DNA of 64,000 nt from a virus. Shown in pieces: positions 35,746-46,065 of this stretch. The notes beneath the pieces are model-generated. The model was not told the DNA's origin. It was given only the letters and a program-made list of their open reading frames with translations, and did no database searches. The translations under genes and the position numbers were made by a program. The DNA is taken from the IMG/VR virus record IMGVR_UViG_3300020185_000014, positions 1 to 64,000 of that record, one strand, 5' to 3'. How positions within the stretch are numbered: position 1 is the stretch's first letter; every line of letters starts with the position of its first letter.

Positions 35746-37041
35746 TTATCTGAACCTGTTCGCGCCGTGAATCCAAATAACTAAAGACCACCTTTCGCCG
35801 GATTCGATTTTCTTAACGCGGTGCAATGAATAACTCGGGAACATATTGATAGAACCCACCTCTCTATTACCTTCTCGTAGAACGCCGTTGTCCCAAATTT
35901 CAAGTTCTCCTCCGGTGTACCCCTCACTAAGAGGAACCGAAATAGATATTTTTCTTGTAGAACTATTTTCCGCTCCCATATCAATGTGCCAATCATAGTG
36001 CGCTTCATCTTCTGCTTGGTATTGCAACAATTGTAGAGAGTGTGTTATTCCCATCAAGTCGTATCGGTAATACTCAGCATTCGCTGTCGCGACCGCAGAT
36101 AATATTTTATCGAATATCCATTCCGTGCTATCGTTCAATATTAATTCGAATAGGTTTACCTCTCGTATGTCAGACTTGTATTCTTTGGTTGAATCTGAAC
36201 CGACTGGAGGTTTTATAGAGTAAAGGTCTTCGGCGGATTTAATTATTGCGTCGCATTCTTCTTTCGAGAATGCAAACTCTGGTCTGAATTTCGAGTTGTA
36301 AGAAAACAGTCCAGGGCATAACGAGTCGTGCGTTGTTATCATTAAACCGTTTTTAATTATTTTTGATTGCGGTAACGAATATTCTTTAACTGGATCTGCT
36401 GCAGCGGGTTCTTGCGTTTTGGTCGGAGTGTAATCAAGGACAGGTGTTTTTTTCTCTTCGATGCCCGACATCATTTCCCTTCCGTCAAATTTAAGATGTT
36501 GGTTTTCGCCGTCCGCCCTAACAAAATGAAAGAATACCTGAACCTGCCACTCGCCCTTATATTCTTCTCTCCAGTGAGGAACCTCACAACCTTTGTACAA
36601 AACTAAATCACCTTGGTTGATTGTGATTGGAGACGATTCGGATTTTCCGAAATAATTCTGCACTGACCCGAAATAGATCGGCCATACTGTGTTATCGGGA
36701 GCAAACCCTAGCGTCAGAGTTCCTGAGACTTCGCAGGAGGGGCGATCGACGTGTGGGGTAAGGGTTTCTCCGTGCCGATAAATTCTAACGTAGGTGTACG
36801 TTGGAGAGAGTATAAACCCGAGTTGCCTTGAAAGTGGGTCTGATATTTTAACAGCAATTTCATCAAATATATCACAACCATAGATTGAATCAGAAAGAGG
36901 GCACTGATCATCTTTTTGCGTTTGCCCCTGTTCGTGAAGTTCGAACACGTATTTCACTAATTCGTTACAATCGTGTTTTCCGATTACATCCGATAAGTAA
37001 ACAAAACCCTTTTCGTCGAAATGAGATCTAACCGCCACCAT
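35746..37041 (-). CDS. Tandem two-domain 2OG-Fe(II) oxygenase (prolyl-hydroxylase-like)
   Basis: Domain 1: HVDRPSCE...HWRE. Domain 2: WHID...FPSYSLHRV...RWSLV. Confidence 0.85.
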   Translation of the reverse strand: MVAVRSHFDEKGFVYLSDVIGKHDCNELVKYVFELHEQGQTQKDDQCPLSDSIYGCDIFDEIAVKISDPLSRQLGFILSPTYTYVRIYRHGETLTPHVDRPSCEVSGTLTLGFAPDNTVWPIYFGSVQNYFGKSESSPITINQGDLVLYKGCEVPHWREEYKGEWQVQVFFHFVRADGENQHLKFDGREMMSGIEEKKTPVLDYTPTKTQEPAAADPVKEYSLPQSKIIKNGLMITTHDSLCPGLFSYNSKFRPEFAFSKEECDAIIKSAEDLYSIKPPVGSDSTKEYKSDIREVNLFELILNDSTEWIFDKILSAVATANAEYYRYDLMGITHSLQLLQYQAEDEAHYDWHIDMGAENSSTRKISISVPLSEGYTGGELEIWDNGVLREGNREVGSINMFPSYSLHRVKKIESGERWSLVIWIHGANRFR

Positions 37042-37079
37042 AATATAACTCTATCAAATAATAGTTATTTAGGTTGGTG

Positions 37080-37334
37080 TTAGGCGATGCCCTGTCCGCC
37101 TTGCCGCGTCCAAACCCCGCCCATATTTTTATAAAGACTGTTATCGCCTTTATTAAAAGCAAGCAACGACGTTGAAGGGAAATCATCGACGGAGTCGTAC
37201 GCGAGAACAAAGTTATTCGAGACTAGGGATGCTTTGATTGCCCGAATAACATCAATCGCTTCTTCCTCGGTCATCCCCGCAATCTTTTTCTGCAGTTCGG
37301 ATAGTGTGTGCGTTATGTCTATCGGCGTCGTCAT
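37080..37334 (-). CDS. Small paralog of the array N-terminal module
   Basis: YDS..FP...LYKNMGGVW motif; coupled to the upstream gene. Confidence 0.65.
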   Translation of the reverse strand: MTTPIDITHTLSELQKKIAGMTEEEAIDVIRAIKASLVSNNFVLAYDSVDDFPSTSLLAFNKGDNSLYKNMGGVWTRQGGQGIA

Positions 37335-38518
37335 TAAACTTGATGCCCAGCGTGAGTCGACTTTGATTGTGATAAATCGCCGACATCAAGAGAAGAAACG
37401 AACGGGTTTGCAAACGGAAACTTATCGACCAGATTAGATACTACCGGTTCTGAACCGCCCATCGTGTATCCAAATGTGAAAGAAGAAACCCCTGCCGCGT
37501 TCATTCTTGCCGTTCCGAGTGTTCCGATATTCGCAGATGAAATCGCATCACTCGCGAACGGAAACTTATATATTTCGTTTCTGATTGATACCGGAGAATT
37601 GATTTGTCCACCAGAAGTGAACCCCGCAACTTCAGAAGAAATTCCTGCTGCATAATTTCTGCTAACGGAGAGGTTTCCGACATGTACAGCGTCGTTGTCT
37701 GTTTGGAACGAAAACCTCTCTACTCGGTTTTGATATCCGTATGAGGGAGTATAACCGCCGGAAGAGTAACCGTGAGTCAAAGAAGAATGCCCTGCTCGCC
37801 CGTATTGGTTCGTGTATGTTGTGAGGTCCGCCGAATGAATACCAGAAGTTTCGGAAGAAAATCTAAATTTCTGAATTTCTCCTGTACCAACGCCAACCGG
37901 AAGATTACTTCTACTTGTTAGATAACCATAATGTTCAGAAGAACTCGCCGCTTGTTGAGTAATTGTTTTCGACAGATCGCCAACGATCGCGCCATCGGCA
38001 AAGGCAGCGAATGAGAACTTCTCGATAGATAATCTTCCTGGAGAACCGCCAGCAACGAAACCGTCAGACTGACTAGAATTTCCAGCAACAAAATTTCTCG
38101 CAACAGCAAGGTTGCCGATCGCCGTGGCAGTTCCTTCAGATGCAAATGGATATCGATCAATAGTCGTTAATCGATATCCTGATGCCCCGCCCGAAGTAAA
38201 TGCAAAATCATCACCTGGAAATGCTTTTCGATCTGAGTCTAAATTTATTAACAATTCCCAATCTGAACCGGTGTTGAGATATAATCCATTATTCATACCG
38301 AACGATTGGATAATTGCGGTCATACCCTCAAGGTTTGAGTCTAGGGGTAGTGCCGCGATGCTGTCATAATAATTTACAAACTCTCTTTCTTTCCACGGAG
38401 AAATTGAATTGACTGCATCGATCAACTGCAGGAGTTCTAGTGCTTCCGCAGAATCGTTTACAAAAAGATCAAACGCCGAATCTAGTTGAGTTAATATTAT
38501 ATTTTTATTAATTGCCAT
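37334..38518 (-). CDS. Six-repeat Kelch-like beta-propeller protein, paralog 1
   Basis: Six units of about 47 aa, G(F/Y)xxGG..I(E/D)KFPF..VGDL; ends GHQV. Confidence 0.75.
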   Translation of the reverse strand: MAINKNIILTQLDSAFDLFVNDSAEALELLQLIDAVNSISPWKEREFVNYYDSIAALPLDSNLEGMTAIIQSFGMNNGLYLNTGSDWELLINLDSDRKAFPGDDFAFTSGGASGYRLTTIDRYPFASEGTATAIGNLAVARNFVAGNSSQSDGFVAGGSPGRLSIEKFSFAAFADGAIVGDLSKTITQQAASSSEHYGYLTSRSNLPVGVGTGEIQKFRFSSETSGIHSADLTTYTNQYGRAGHSSLTHGYSSGGYTPSYGYQNRVERFSFQTDNDAVHVGNLSVSRNYAAGISSEVAGFTSGGQINSPVSIRNEIYKFPFASDAISSANIGTLGTARMNAAGVSSFTFGYTMGGSEPVVSNLVDKFPFANPFVSSLDVGDLSQSKSTHAGHQV

Positions 38519-38528
38519 GAAGCATCCT

Positions 38529-38819
38529 TTATGGGATTTCAGGTTCGGGTTCGGGTTCGGGTGCTATAAAATCAGTTAACGTAACTGGTTTCCAATTTTT
38601 ACCATTCGAAACGAAGATAGTTTGTGTATCTGTATCATAGTACATATGACTGAAATTTTGTAACGATGCTACCGGTAAAGTAGCGCCCGTTCCGACAACA
38701 GTATATCCATCGTTTTTGAGCAAAAGTGCTTGCAGTTTGGACAACGCGGTCGTTTCTGTTGCGGTCGATCCTACTATGGTATTTGCATTATTAACGAGAT
38801 TTGATATATTGATAAACAT
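38529..38819 (-). CDS. Small paralog of the array N-terminal module with a (PE)n tail
   Basis: LP...YYDT...IFVSNGKNW; ends PEPEPEP. Confidence 0.65.
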   Translation of the reverse strand: MFINISNLVNNANTIVGSTATETTALSKLQALLLKNDGYTVVGTGATLPVASLQNFSHMYYDTDTQTIFVSNGKNWKPVTLTDFIAPEPEPEPEIP

Positions 38820-40009
38820 TATACTTGATGCCCTACTGTGTTATGCCGCGACCCGACTAAATCTCCTGCAGCGGTTATTGTTACCGGCGAAGCGCTGAAT
38901 GGAAATGATTCTATTGTACTTATAGAAGGCGAGAATCCTCCAGAAATATATCCGTCGGTCCTAGAGGATTGACCAGAAACTAGTCGTTTCGCAGTCGACA
39001 AATCTCCGACATCGATAGAAGAATATGGTGAGTTGAACGAAAACCTTTCGATGTTCTGCAAAGAAAAGGCGTCAAACCCACCAGAAACATAACCATGAGT
39101 CTCGGAGGAATTTCCTGCCGCTTTTGAGTTCGCCACTGTTAAATTAGTAATATAGGCAGAAGATGTGAATGCGACGAAACTGAACCTGTCCACTGAGGTT
39201 AAGTTGATGCTGGTCGTTTCGTTAATACCGCCAGCGACATATCCGAAATCAAAATCCGAAATTCCGATTGCCTCTGACTTTCCTATCAGCGACCCCGAAA
39301 CATATAAATTTCCGTGAAGACTGGATTGTGTTTCGTTAGCAAAGGGGAATTTATATATTCTCCTCATTGCTTGTGTTAATTGCGGTTGCGAAGTAACATC
39401 GCCCCCTGCCGCGAATCCTATCGCATGTGCATTGGTTGAAAGACCTGCCGATTTCGAACGTTCGAATTCTAGATCACCGACCAACAGAGAATTGGTAGTG
39501 TTAACAAATTCGAATTTCTCAATTTCGCTAATTACTGCGCCGGTGCTAACCTTACCGCCGGTGGAATATCCTCTTAATTCTGACGACTGTCCCGCTAATT
39601 CTATTTTTCCTGCAGTCAAATCACCCAAAGTTAAAGCGTTGGTAAAACTAGAAAACGGAAACCGCTCAATCGAAGAACTGAATCCTGGGTTCAAACCGCC
39701 CGATACAAATCCGTAATCGTCTCCTTGAAAACGTCTACTCTCATCTAGTAATGCACCGAGCACGATGGGTTTCCACTTGTTTCTATGAGAAACATAGAAC
39801 GCATCCGAATCGCGATTGAATGCAATGATGCCTTCGTTCGATACTGTTGCGCTGTCGAAATCGTGTATATGTCTATATTGGACTGCGTGTGAATATGCTT
39901 TTGAAAATTTGTCGAGACTGTTTAATCTCACCTGCTCTGTCGAGTTCGCCGTTCCGCTAGCGACTCTGGCGTTTATCGTATCAAGTAAATCTTTAATATT
40001 AATTGTCAT
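38819..40009 (-). CDS. Kelch-like beta-propeller protein, paralog 2
   Basis: FQG followed by six GG repeats; ends GHQV. Confidence 0.75.
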   Translation of the reverse strand: MTINIKDLLDTINARVASGTANSTEQVRLNSLDKFSKAYSHAVQYRHIHDFDSATVSNEGIIAFNRDSDAFYVSHRNKWKPIVLGALLDESRRFQGDDYGFVSGGLNPGFSSSIERFPFSSFTNALTLGDLTAGKIELAGQSSELRGYSTGGKVSTGAVISEIEKFEFVNTTNSLLVGDLEFERSKSAGLSTNAHAIGFAAGGDVTSQPQLTQAMRRIYKFPFANETQSSLHGNLYVSGSLIGKSEAIGISDFDFGYVAGGINETTSINLTSVDRFSFVAFTSSAYITNLTVANSKAAGNSSETHGYVSGGFDAFSLQNIERFSFNSPYSSIDVGDLSTAKRLVSGQSSRTDGYISGGFSPSISTIESFPFSASPVTITAAGDLVGSRHNTVGHQV

Positions 40010-40016
40010 AACACGC

Positions 40017-41171
40017 TCAGTACTGCTGGGAAGAACCCTTGTTCTTTTCTATTGATAAATCACCTACATCGATCGAAGTTCCGTCAGTGTAGAAAGAGAA
40101 TTTCTGTATGACTTTCGAACGACTCGCCTCGCCGCCGCCGGCAATAAACCCTCTTTCTGTTGACGACGTTCCCCCAGAGAAATTTTCTGTTTGTATTGTT
40201 AAATCACCAACATCAGAAGCATTAACGTCCGAAGAGAACGGAAACTTATCAACAATATTGTTATTTATTAGGTCAGTATAAACGTTGTATCCATAACCTT
40301 GCATTGAAGATAACCCAGCGCCGTTATTTGAAGCACTAGAAAGGTTTGCTGAGTTAACGGCATTTGCTACAGATGCGGTGAATGTTACTTTATCGATTAC
40401 GTTATTACTCGCCCCGTCACCGCCGGTGAAATATGCAGAGGTGTTAGAAGAACTTCCCGCAGAACCTGTTTTCATGGCAGTTAAATCGCCAACATCGAGC
40501 GCATCAACCTCGCTGATAAAAGAAAACCTATCAAGAACGTCACTATTAGCAGGAGTGGAACCACCTGCAGTGTAACCAAACCCATACGACGCAGAGGAGG
40601 CACCGCCCGCAGAAGAACGCGCGGTTGTTAAATTAGCAACTGATTCAAGCACCGCAGGAGAAGCAAATGAAAACTTTTCAATGGTCGATAATAATCCAGC
40701 ATCCAAACCGCCAGAACTATATCCATCTGTCTTTGACGATTGTCCTGCTGAACTCATTCGTCCGGCGAATAATTGCGCGCCATGACTGATCGAATTACCG
40801 TCAGTGACAAAGGAAAATCGATCAATGTTATTGGTTAACGACCCGACATTACCGCCGGAATAGAACCCCGCGATTTCTCCTTGGAATATATCTTGTTGGT
40901 TCCCGAGTCTACGATAACCATCCGAATCTCTCATGTAGAGCGTTTTACTATGAACGTCAAAAAATATTCTCGCTCTTCCAGATTCTATATCGGGGTCATC
41001 TCCGGCGCTTAATGGGAATGTTGATGAATGGTTATAACTTGATAGTGATGATATGCTAGCATCTGAAACAAGTTCGGACAAATAACGTAACGACTGTGTT
41101 GATGTATCGGAATCACTTTCGATGCACTGCTGTTGTAAATTAACAATAAACCCTGTAATGTTAGTAATCAT
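40017..41171 (-). CDS. Kelch-like beta-propeller protein, paralog 3
   Basis: FQG followed by six repeats. Confidence 0.75.
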   Translation of the reverse strand: MITNITGFIVNLQQQCIESDSDTSTQSLRYLSELVSDASISSLSSYNHSSTFPLSAGDDPDIESGRARIFFDVHSKTLYMRDSDGYRRLGNQQDIFQGEIAGFYSGGNVGSLTNNIDRFSFVTDGNSISHGAQLFAGRMSSAGQSSKTDGYSSGGLDAGLLSTIEKFSFASPAVLESVANLTTARSSAGGASSASYGFGYTAGGSTPANSDVLDRFSFISEVDALDVGDLTAMKTGSAGSSSNTSAYFTGGDGASNNVIDKVTFTASVANAVNSANLSSASNNGAGLSSMQGYGYNVYTDLINNNIVDKFPFSSDVNASDVGDLTIQTENFSGGTSSTERGFIAGGGEASRSKVIQKFSFYTDGTSIDVGDLSIEKNKGSSQQY

Positions 41172-41172
41172 G

Positions 41173-41535
41173 TCAACTCTCTAGTATTGTCAATTCGACC
41201 CACTTAAACCCTTTCGACACATAAAACATCAGATCTGCCTCAGAATAAACGATGCATCCGATGTTCTCGAAAGTTGGTGTTGGGAACGTTGATTGAGATT
41301 GATGAGTGACTGCAGTTTCAAGTGCGGATAGTCTTCGCTGCCTGAGTTTGTGAAGTTGCATAATATCATCCGCTGGACCCGATCCAACATTTTGGTATGT
41401 TTCGAGAATTGCAGTCAGTATTAATAACGTTTCTCGGTGATGTTCAAACACAGCATTGTCGCTCGCCGCTTGCAACGATAGACGCTGGTACGCGGCGAGA
41501 GCAACTATTTGTAGTTTTTCGAGATTCAGGATCAT
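41173..41535 (-). CDS. Small paralog of the array N-terminal module
   Basis: FPTP...GCIVY...FYVSKGFKW. Confidence 0.65.
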   Translation of the reverse strand: MILNLEKLQIVALAAYQRLSLQAASDNAVFEHHRETLLILTAILETYQNVGSGPADDIMQLHKLRQRRLSALETAVTHQSQSTFPTPTFENIGCIVYSEADLMFYVSKGFKWVELTILES

Positions 41536-42698
41536 TAATTTTGATGCCCTGTTGAAGCATATTTTGCGGCAGTTAGTGATCCCACGTCGCTCGCGTCACC
41601 ATCCGACGCGAAGGGAAAACTCTCAATATTGTCCGTTGATGTTGTTGTAAAACCGCCAGCAACCCATCCACTCACGTTAGAAGATTGTCCCGCAGATTCT
41701 CTCTTCGCGGACGCGAGATTTCCAACGGTAGTAAATGTTGAAGAACCGGAAAATGGAAACTTTTCGATGCTCGATATATTGGATCCAGATAACCCGCCGC
41801 TAACGTATCCGTGGGTTGTAGAAGATTGTCCAGTAGTGAAGGATCTTGATGCGTTCAGGTCACCCACGCCGGTCGTAGCAAAAGAGAACCAGAACGGAAA
41901 TTTATCAACGGCAGTTGTGTTGCTCGCGCCGATTCTTCCTCCGCTTCGATACCCATCATATTCTGAAGTTTGTCCTGCGGTCGCCGCAACGTTTTCGGTT
42001 AACGCGCCGACTTCTGTAGCATCAGTTCCTGCAGAAAAAGAAAATTTGTCAATGGCATCAGTAAACCCTGCCCCTATATTTCCGCCCGCAACATACCCAT
42101 GCCCCTTACCCATGTCCGTCTGACCGGAAACTTCAGATCTACTCGAAACGAGGTTAGAAACATCGGTAGCAACGAACGGCGAGTTGTAAGAAAACTTTTC
42201 TATTTTATCCGTCGGTCCTGGTTGCCCGCCGGCAACAAACCCGAACCCATTAACTCGATCAGACATTCCAGCACTTTTTGAACGCGTGGAAGATAAATTA
42301 ACAACGGATGCCGAATTTGATCCTGAGGGAAAATCGAATGATACAACCAACCTCGATTGAGACGCATCTCCGGATGAATATCCTTTCAGCGTGCCTTGAA
42401 ACGGCGTGATTGCTGGAAATTGATTGACGAAATTAGATTCATCTAGGGGAATACTGTTCCAATCGAAATTATGAGAAACTTTCCATGTATCCAGCGTTTC
42501 GTCATATATCATATTGCCGAAAGTTTTTTCTTCTGGGAGTGGTATACTATAGTTATGGTATGAAAAGAAATTCTGTAGATTCCTAATCAATTCAGTTCCT
42601 CGGGTTAAACGTCCGAGTTCTACGTTTGTATCCGCGCTGTCGGCGAGATCGATCTTTTCTTGTAGTTTAAAGATTATGTTTTCAATATTAATTGCCAT
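41535..42698 (-). CDS. Kelch-like beta-propeller protein, paralog 4
   Basis: Start at MAINIE (42698); FQG followed by six repeats; ends GHQN. Confidence 0.75.
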   Translation of the reverse strand: MAINIENIIFKLQEKIDLADSADTNVELGRLTRGTELIRNLQNFFSYHNYSIPLPEEKTFGNMIYDETLDTWKVSHNFDWNSIPLDESNFVNQFPAITPFQGTLKGYSSGDASQSRLVVSFDFPSGSNSASVVNLSSTRSKSAGMSDRVNGFGFVAGGQPGPTDKIEKFSYNSPFVATDVSNLVSSRSEVSGQTDMGKGHGYVAGGNIGAGFTDAIDKFSFSAGTDATEVGALTENVAATAGQTSEYDGYRSGGRIGASNTTAVDKFPFWFSFATTGVGDLNASRSFTTGQSSTTHGYVSGGLSGSNISSIEKFPFSGSSTFTTVGNLASAKRESAGQSSNVSGWVAGGFTTTSTDNIESFPFASDGDASDVGSLTAAKYASTGHQN

Positions 42699-42700
42699 GG

Positions 42701-43273
42701 TTATACAACCTTCCAATTGTTTAATTCTCTATTTCTTAACATCAACTTGCTGGCATGTGTATCGAAAAGAATATTAACACTACTGTCTAACGCGGTCAAT
42801 ACCTCTGCAGAATCTACAAGTCTCGTGTGAATCAATCCCGAAGACTGCCGCTCGCACATATTGAATATATCGGTTAAGTCAAACGGATGTGAATTGCTAT
42901 CTAGTGCGTATATGTTATTATTAGTGGTCTGTAGTGCCGTGGTTAAATCGTATAGATCATCGCTTGGATATGTCCAAGCAGAATCATCATTTAAATTCAT
43001 CAACAGATTCCACGAAGATCCGTTGCTGAGATATATCTCATTATCCAAACCTGTATTCGTACCGCGAAAACTGATCGCTGATCCTTTGTTTGAGGAATCT
43101 GCAGGAAACGGAAATCCAGATCCGGTTCGCGTATATTCTGAACTTAAATAATAATTCTTGGTTCCATAAAAGTTCGCCGCACGTTCCAATACTAGAATAT
43201 CAGTGGTCGGCGTCAACTCATCAATATCAGATATTGCTATCGTTAAAACGCTTTTAAGATTATCGATATTCAT
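42701..43273 (-). CDS. Array protein with two copies of the N-terminal module
   Basis: IYLSNGSSW and LMLRNRELNNW end two similar halves. Confidence 0.62.
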   Translation of the reverse strand: MNIDNLKSVLTIAISDIDELTPTTDILVLERAANFYGTKNYYLSSEYTRTGSGFPFPADSSNKGSAISFRGTNTGLDNEIYLSNGSSWNLLMNLNDDSAWTYPSDDLYDLTTALQTTNNNIYALDSNSHPFDLTDIFNMCERQSSGLIHTRLVDSAEVLTALDSSVNILFDTHASKLMLRNRELNNWKVV

Positions 43274-44418
43274 CAGTGTTGCGCTCCGGCAGATCCATGT
43301 TTCGATGCAGTTAGATTAGCAACTGAAATACCAGTTAGTCCGGACTGGAATGAATACTTCTCAGTAGATGCAGTTAACCCGCCAGATGGCGATGTATTAC
43401 CTCCGGCAACATAACCATGTTGTTTCGAAGACGCTCCAGTACCAGAAGATAGTAACCTATTAATAGACAAGTTTCCAATATCTGATATCTCTACCGGTGA
43501 ATTTGAAAACGCATACTTGTAAACGTTGTCAGATCCTAACGGAGAAAGTCCGCCAGAAACATATCCATGAGTTAATGATGAGTTGCCTGCTGCTTGAGTG
43601 ACTGGCGATGGCAACCCTCCAACAGTAGTCGCGTTCGCGTTTGACGCAAATGAAAATTGTTCTAAACGTGTTCCGTAGTTGACATATCCTTTGCTGCCCG
43701 TAGTGTCTGAAGAACCTGCGCCGAATTCGCAACCAGAGGTCAATCCACCCCACGCAGCGCCTGAAGTAGAAGAGGCGAAATTAAATTTCTCTACCCTAGT
43801 TACAGCGTTCTGCCCGCCCATTGTATACCCTGCGGCATTGATTACATCAGATGCCCCTGCGACTCTGCCCTTGGGTTCGGTTAGACTCCCTGCGGTGGTT
43901 GCGCTATTCGATGACGTGAATGAGAATTTTTGAATAGCATCGGTGCCGGCACCGCCGCTGACATATCCGTCTTCGTTTGTAGTGTCTGAATGTCCAGCAA
44001 GATGATTCGCTGCCGTGGATAAACTTCCTACATTGACGCCGTTGTTATCGCTAGAGAATGAATATTTCTCAACAACATCATTGGCGATTGGACCGCCGCC
44101 CATGGCGAAACCATATTTCGTACCCTGGAACGCAGGTGCGGCCACGTGTTTTAGGAGCGGTTTCCAATACCTTTTGTCAGAAAAAAATAAATTCTTTTCA
44201 TCTTTAACGTATGCAATCTGTTCTGGGTCAGTTACGTCGTCGAGTAAATTCGGCAACGCTCCTGCCGAATCATACATATGAATCGGATTGCCGTCGCCGC
44301 GAATAGCAATTTTAAGGAGATAAATCAAATCTTGCGAATGCGAACTGGCAGTCGATTCGTTAATTTGCTTTTGCGATATCTTTAATATATTTTTAATATT
44401 AAATGGAGTATTCGGCAT
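43273..44418 (-). CDS. Kelch-like beta-propeller protein, paralog 5
   Basis: FQG followed by six repeats; ends GAQH. Confidence 0.75.
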   Translation of the reverse strand: MPNTPFNIKNILKISQKQINESTASSHSQDLIYLLKIAIRGDGNPIHMYDSAGALPNLLDDVTDPEQIAYVKDEKNLFFSDKRYWKPLLKHVAAPAFQGTKYGFAMGGGPIANDVVEKYSFSSDNNGVNVGSLSTAANHLAGHSDTTNEDGYVSGGAGTDAIQKFSFTSSNSATTAGSLTEPKGRVAGASDVINAAGYTMGGQNAVTRVEKFNFASSTSGAAWGGLTSGCEFGAGSSDTTGSKGYVNYGTRLEQFSFASNANATTVGGLPSPVTQAAGNSSLTHGYVSGGLSPLGSDNVYKYAFSNSPVEISDIGNLSINRLLSSGTGASSKQHGYVAGGNTSPSGGLTASTEKYSFQSGLTGISVANLTASKHGSAGAQH

Positions 44419-44426
44419 TTTAGTTC

Positions 44427-44726
44427 CTATTCGTTAAGGTCGAATGCGATATTCCAAAAATCGCCACTGCATACATAAAGAAAATTTCCGGAACTAACGT
44501 CATCTGTTTTCGTAACAGCGAGCATACCTTTTAGATTGTCATGGGGGACGGGCAACGCTTCAAAGTTCTCATAGACCCTTCCGATATCAATTTTATTATA
44601 TTCGCTATCTCTTAAATCTTGAATCGCTTCCCATGAAACCAAAAGATCTAACGGGGATTGCGCTATCCCGATATTACCTGCGCGAGCAGACATTACTGCT
44701 GATAAATTTTGTGTGTTAATTTTCAT
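44427..44726 (-). CDS. Small paralog of the array N-terminal module
   Basis: LP...GMLAV...LYVCSGDFW. Confidence 0.65.
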   Translation of the reverse strand: MKINTQNLSAVMSARAGNIGIAQSPLDLLVSWEAIQDLRDSEYNKIDIGRVYENFEALPVPHDNLKGMLAVTKTDDVSSGNFLYVCSGDFWNIAFDLNE

Positions 44727-45106
44727 AACAACGCCGGCACGAATAATTGGACATACCTAGAATTTAGAGGGAATGGTGTTGGTTCTTCTCTCGTTCCGAT
44801 ATCCTCAAAAATTTTAACCCAAGCAGATCCAGTACACAACCATAATTCCATGGTGGAATTGTATCGATATAATACTGAACTGGCGTTTAATAATGATTCG
44901 AAATACACGGTGGCGACCATGCCTTGCAACGGAAGTTCAGCAGTCGGTAAATCTGCAGAACTATCGTAATATATCCGCGCAACCTTTTTCTTAGTGGATT
45001 CGTTTACAATCTGAAGAAAATGCTGTACCGGATCAGTTTCCGAAATAGCATTCGCTTGCGTTTGTATTAAATCTCTAGTGGCGAGTGCCGCTCTACTTAA
45101 TGTCAT
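44723..45106 (-). CDS. Small paralog of the array N-terminal module
   Basis: YYDSSADLP...GMVATV...LWLCTGSAW. Confidence 0.65.
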   Translation of the reverse strand: MTLSRAALATRDLIQTQANAISETDPVQHFLQIVNESTKKKVARIYYDSSADLPTAELPLQGMVATVYFESLLNASSVLYRYNSTMELWLCTGSAWVKIFEDIGTREEPTPFPLNSRYVQLFVPALL

Positions 45107-46019
45107 TTTCCTTTACCGTCTTGGCAACTGTTCCAGAATACGAGATAAACTCTTTCGCTTCTGATTTAAACCCCATCAGACCCATACGGATTTGATCTAC
45201 GTGCAATACATCTATCAATTCAGCGACGACAGATTCAACGAATCCGTGAAGACCGACCGTCGTCCAATCTGAACTTGCTTCTTCTTCAGTGACATAATGT
45301 CTAATCCTTGCTTGCATTTTAGTTGGATTAACTCCAATCTGCTCAAGGTATTCTTGTTCGCCTTTTGTTATATGTCCCTGTTGCCTAACATCTCGAATAC
45401 ATTGTACTACACTTCTTTTTAAGTGGGACTTCGATTCTTCTTTTTCGAAATCTTGCTCAGTAAACCCATCAAACTTCTGTTTCATTTCTTCATAGAGTTC
45501 GTTTAGAGCAAGAACATCTTTCATCGCGCCTTCAATATATGTCATTCCAGAAGCGTTCTTTTCTTTTCTTTCTGCGATATTAAGTTTCAAATCTATTTCT
45601 TTCCAATAGTCTAATGAACCTGATTCTATTTTTTCTTGCATCTTTTTTATCGCAACTTCATTTTTAACTTGACGCCATTTCGCTTCATCTAGAGCCATTT
45701 TCTTTCGACTCATTTCTGCAGCAATCTGCCGCACATTTTTATAATCGCTATGGTAAGAAAGATTAATATGTCGCCAATCCCACTGCGAGTGGGATCGGTT
45801 CCATAAATTCTGCAACTCGTTGGTATTCTCTAATGCCGCATCGACCATTTGAGCATTTTCGGCGAGCGTCTTTCCTCCGAAACTTTTAGTTGCTGCGAGT
45901 TGCCCCTTTCCAAATACCATAGAAACGGGCACGTGCATTTCATTTTTGTCTTCGACGATTGTTACGTCTTTAACAATTTCTTCATATGTCCCAGGAAGTT
46001 TCACCTTACTCATTAACAA
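45093..46019 (-). CDS. Helical/coiled-coil hypothetical protein heading the propeller array
   Basis: 308 aa, charged and helical; WNRSHSQW and EQEYLEQIGVNP motifs; late promoter upstream. Confidence 0.75.
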   Translation of the reverse strand: MLMSKVKLPGTYEEIVKDVTIVEDKNEMHVPVSMVFGKGQLAATKSFGGKTLAENAQMVDAALENTNELQNLWNRSHSQWDWRHINLSYHSDYKNVRQIAAEMSRKKMALDEAKWRQVKNEVAIKKMQEKIESGSLDYWKEIDLKLNIAERKEKNASGMTYIEGAMKDVLALNELYEEMKQKFDGFTEQDFEKEESKSHLKRSVVQCIRDVRQQGHITKGEQEYLEQIGVNPTKMQARIRHYVTEEEASSDWTTVGLHGFVESVVAELIDVLHVDQIRMGLMGFKSEAKEFISYSGTVAKTVKENDIK

Positions 46020-46046
46020 TCTCCATTAAATAATATCATCATTCAA

Positions 46047-46054
46047 TATTTATA
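46047..46054 (-). promoter_or_regulatory. T4-type late promoter
   Basis: TATAAATA on the minus strand. Confidence 0.72.
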
Positions 46055-46065
46055 CTCCCAAATCA

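Noticed and set aside
37080-45106. Diversity-generating retroelement or invertible shufflon behind the paralog array
   Set aside because: I saw no reverse transcriptase, recombinase, inverted repeats or near-identical TR/VR pair with adenine-specific differences, and the paralogs are deeply diverged.
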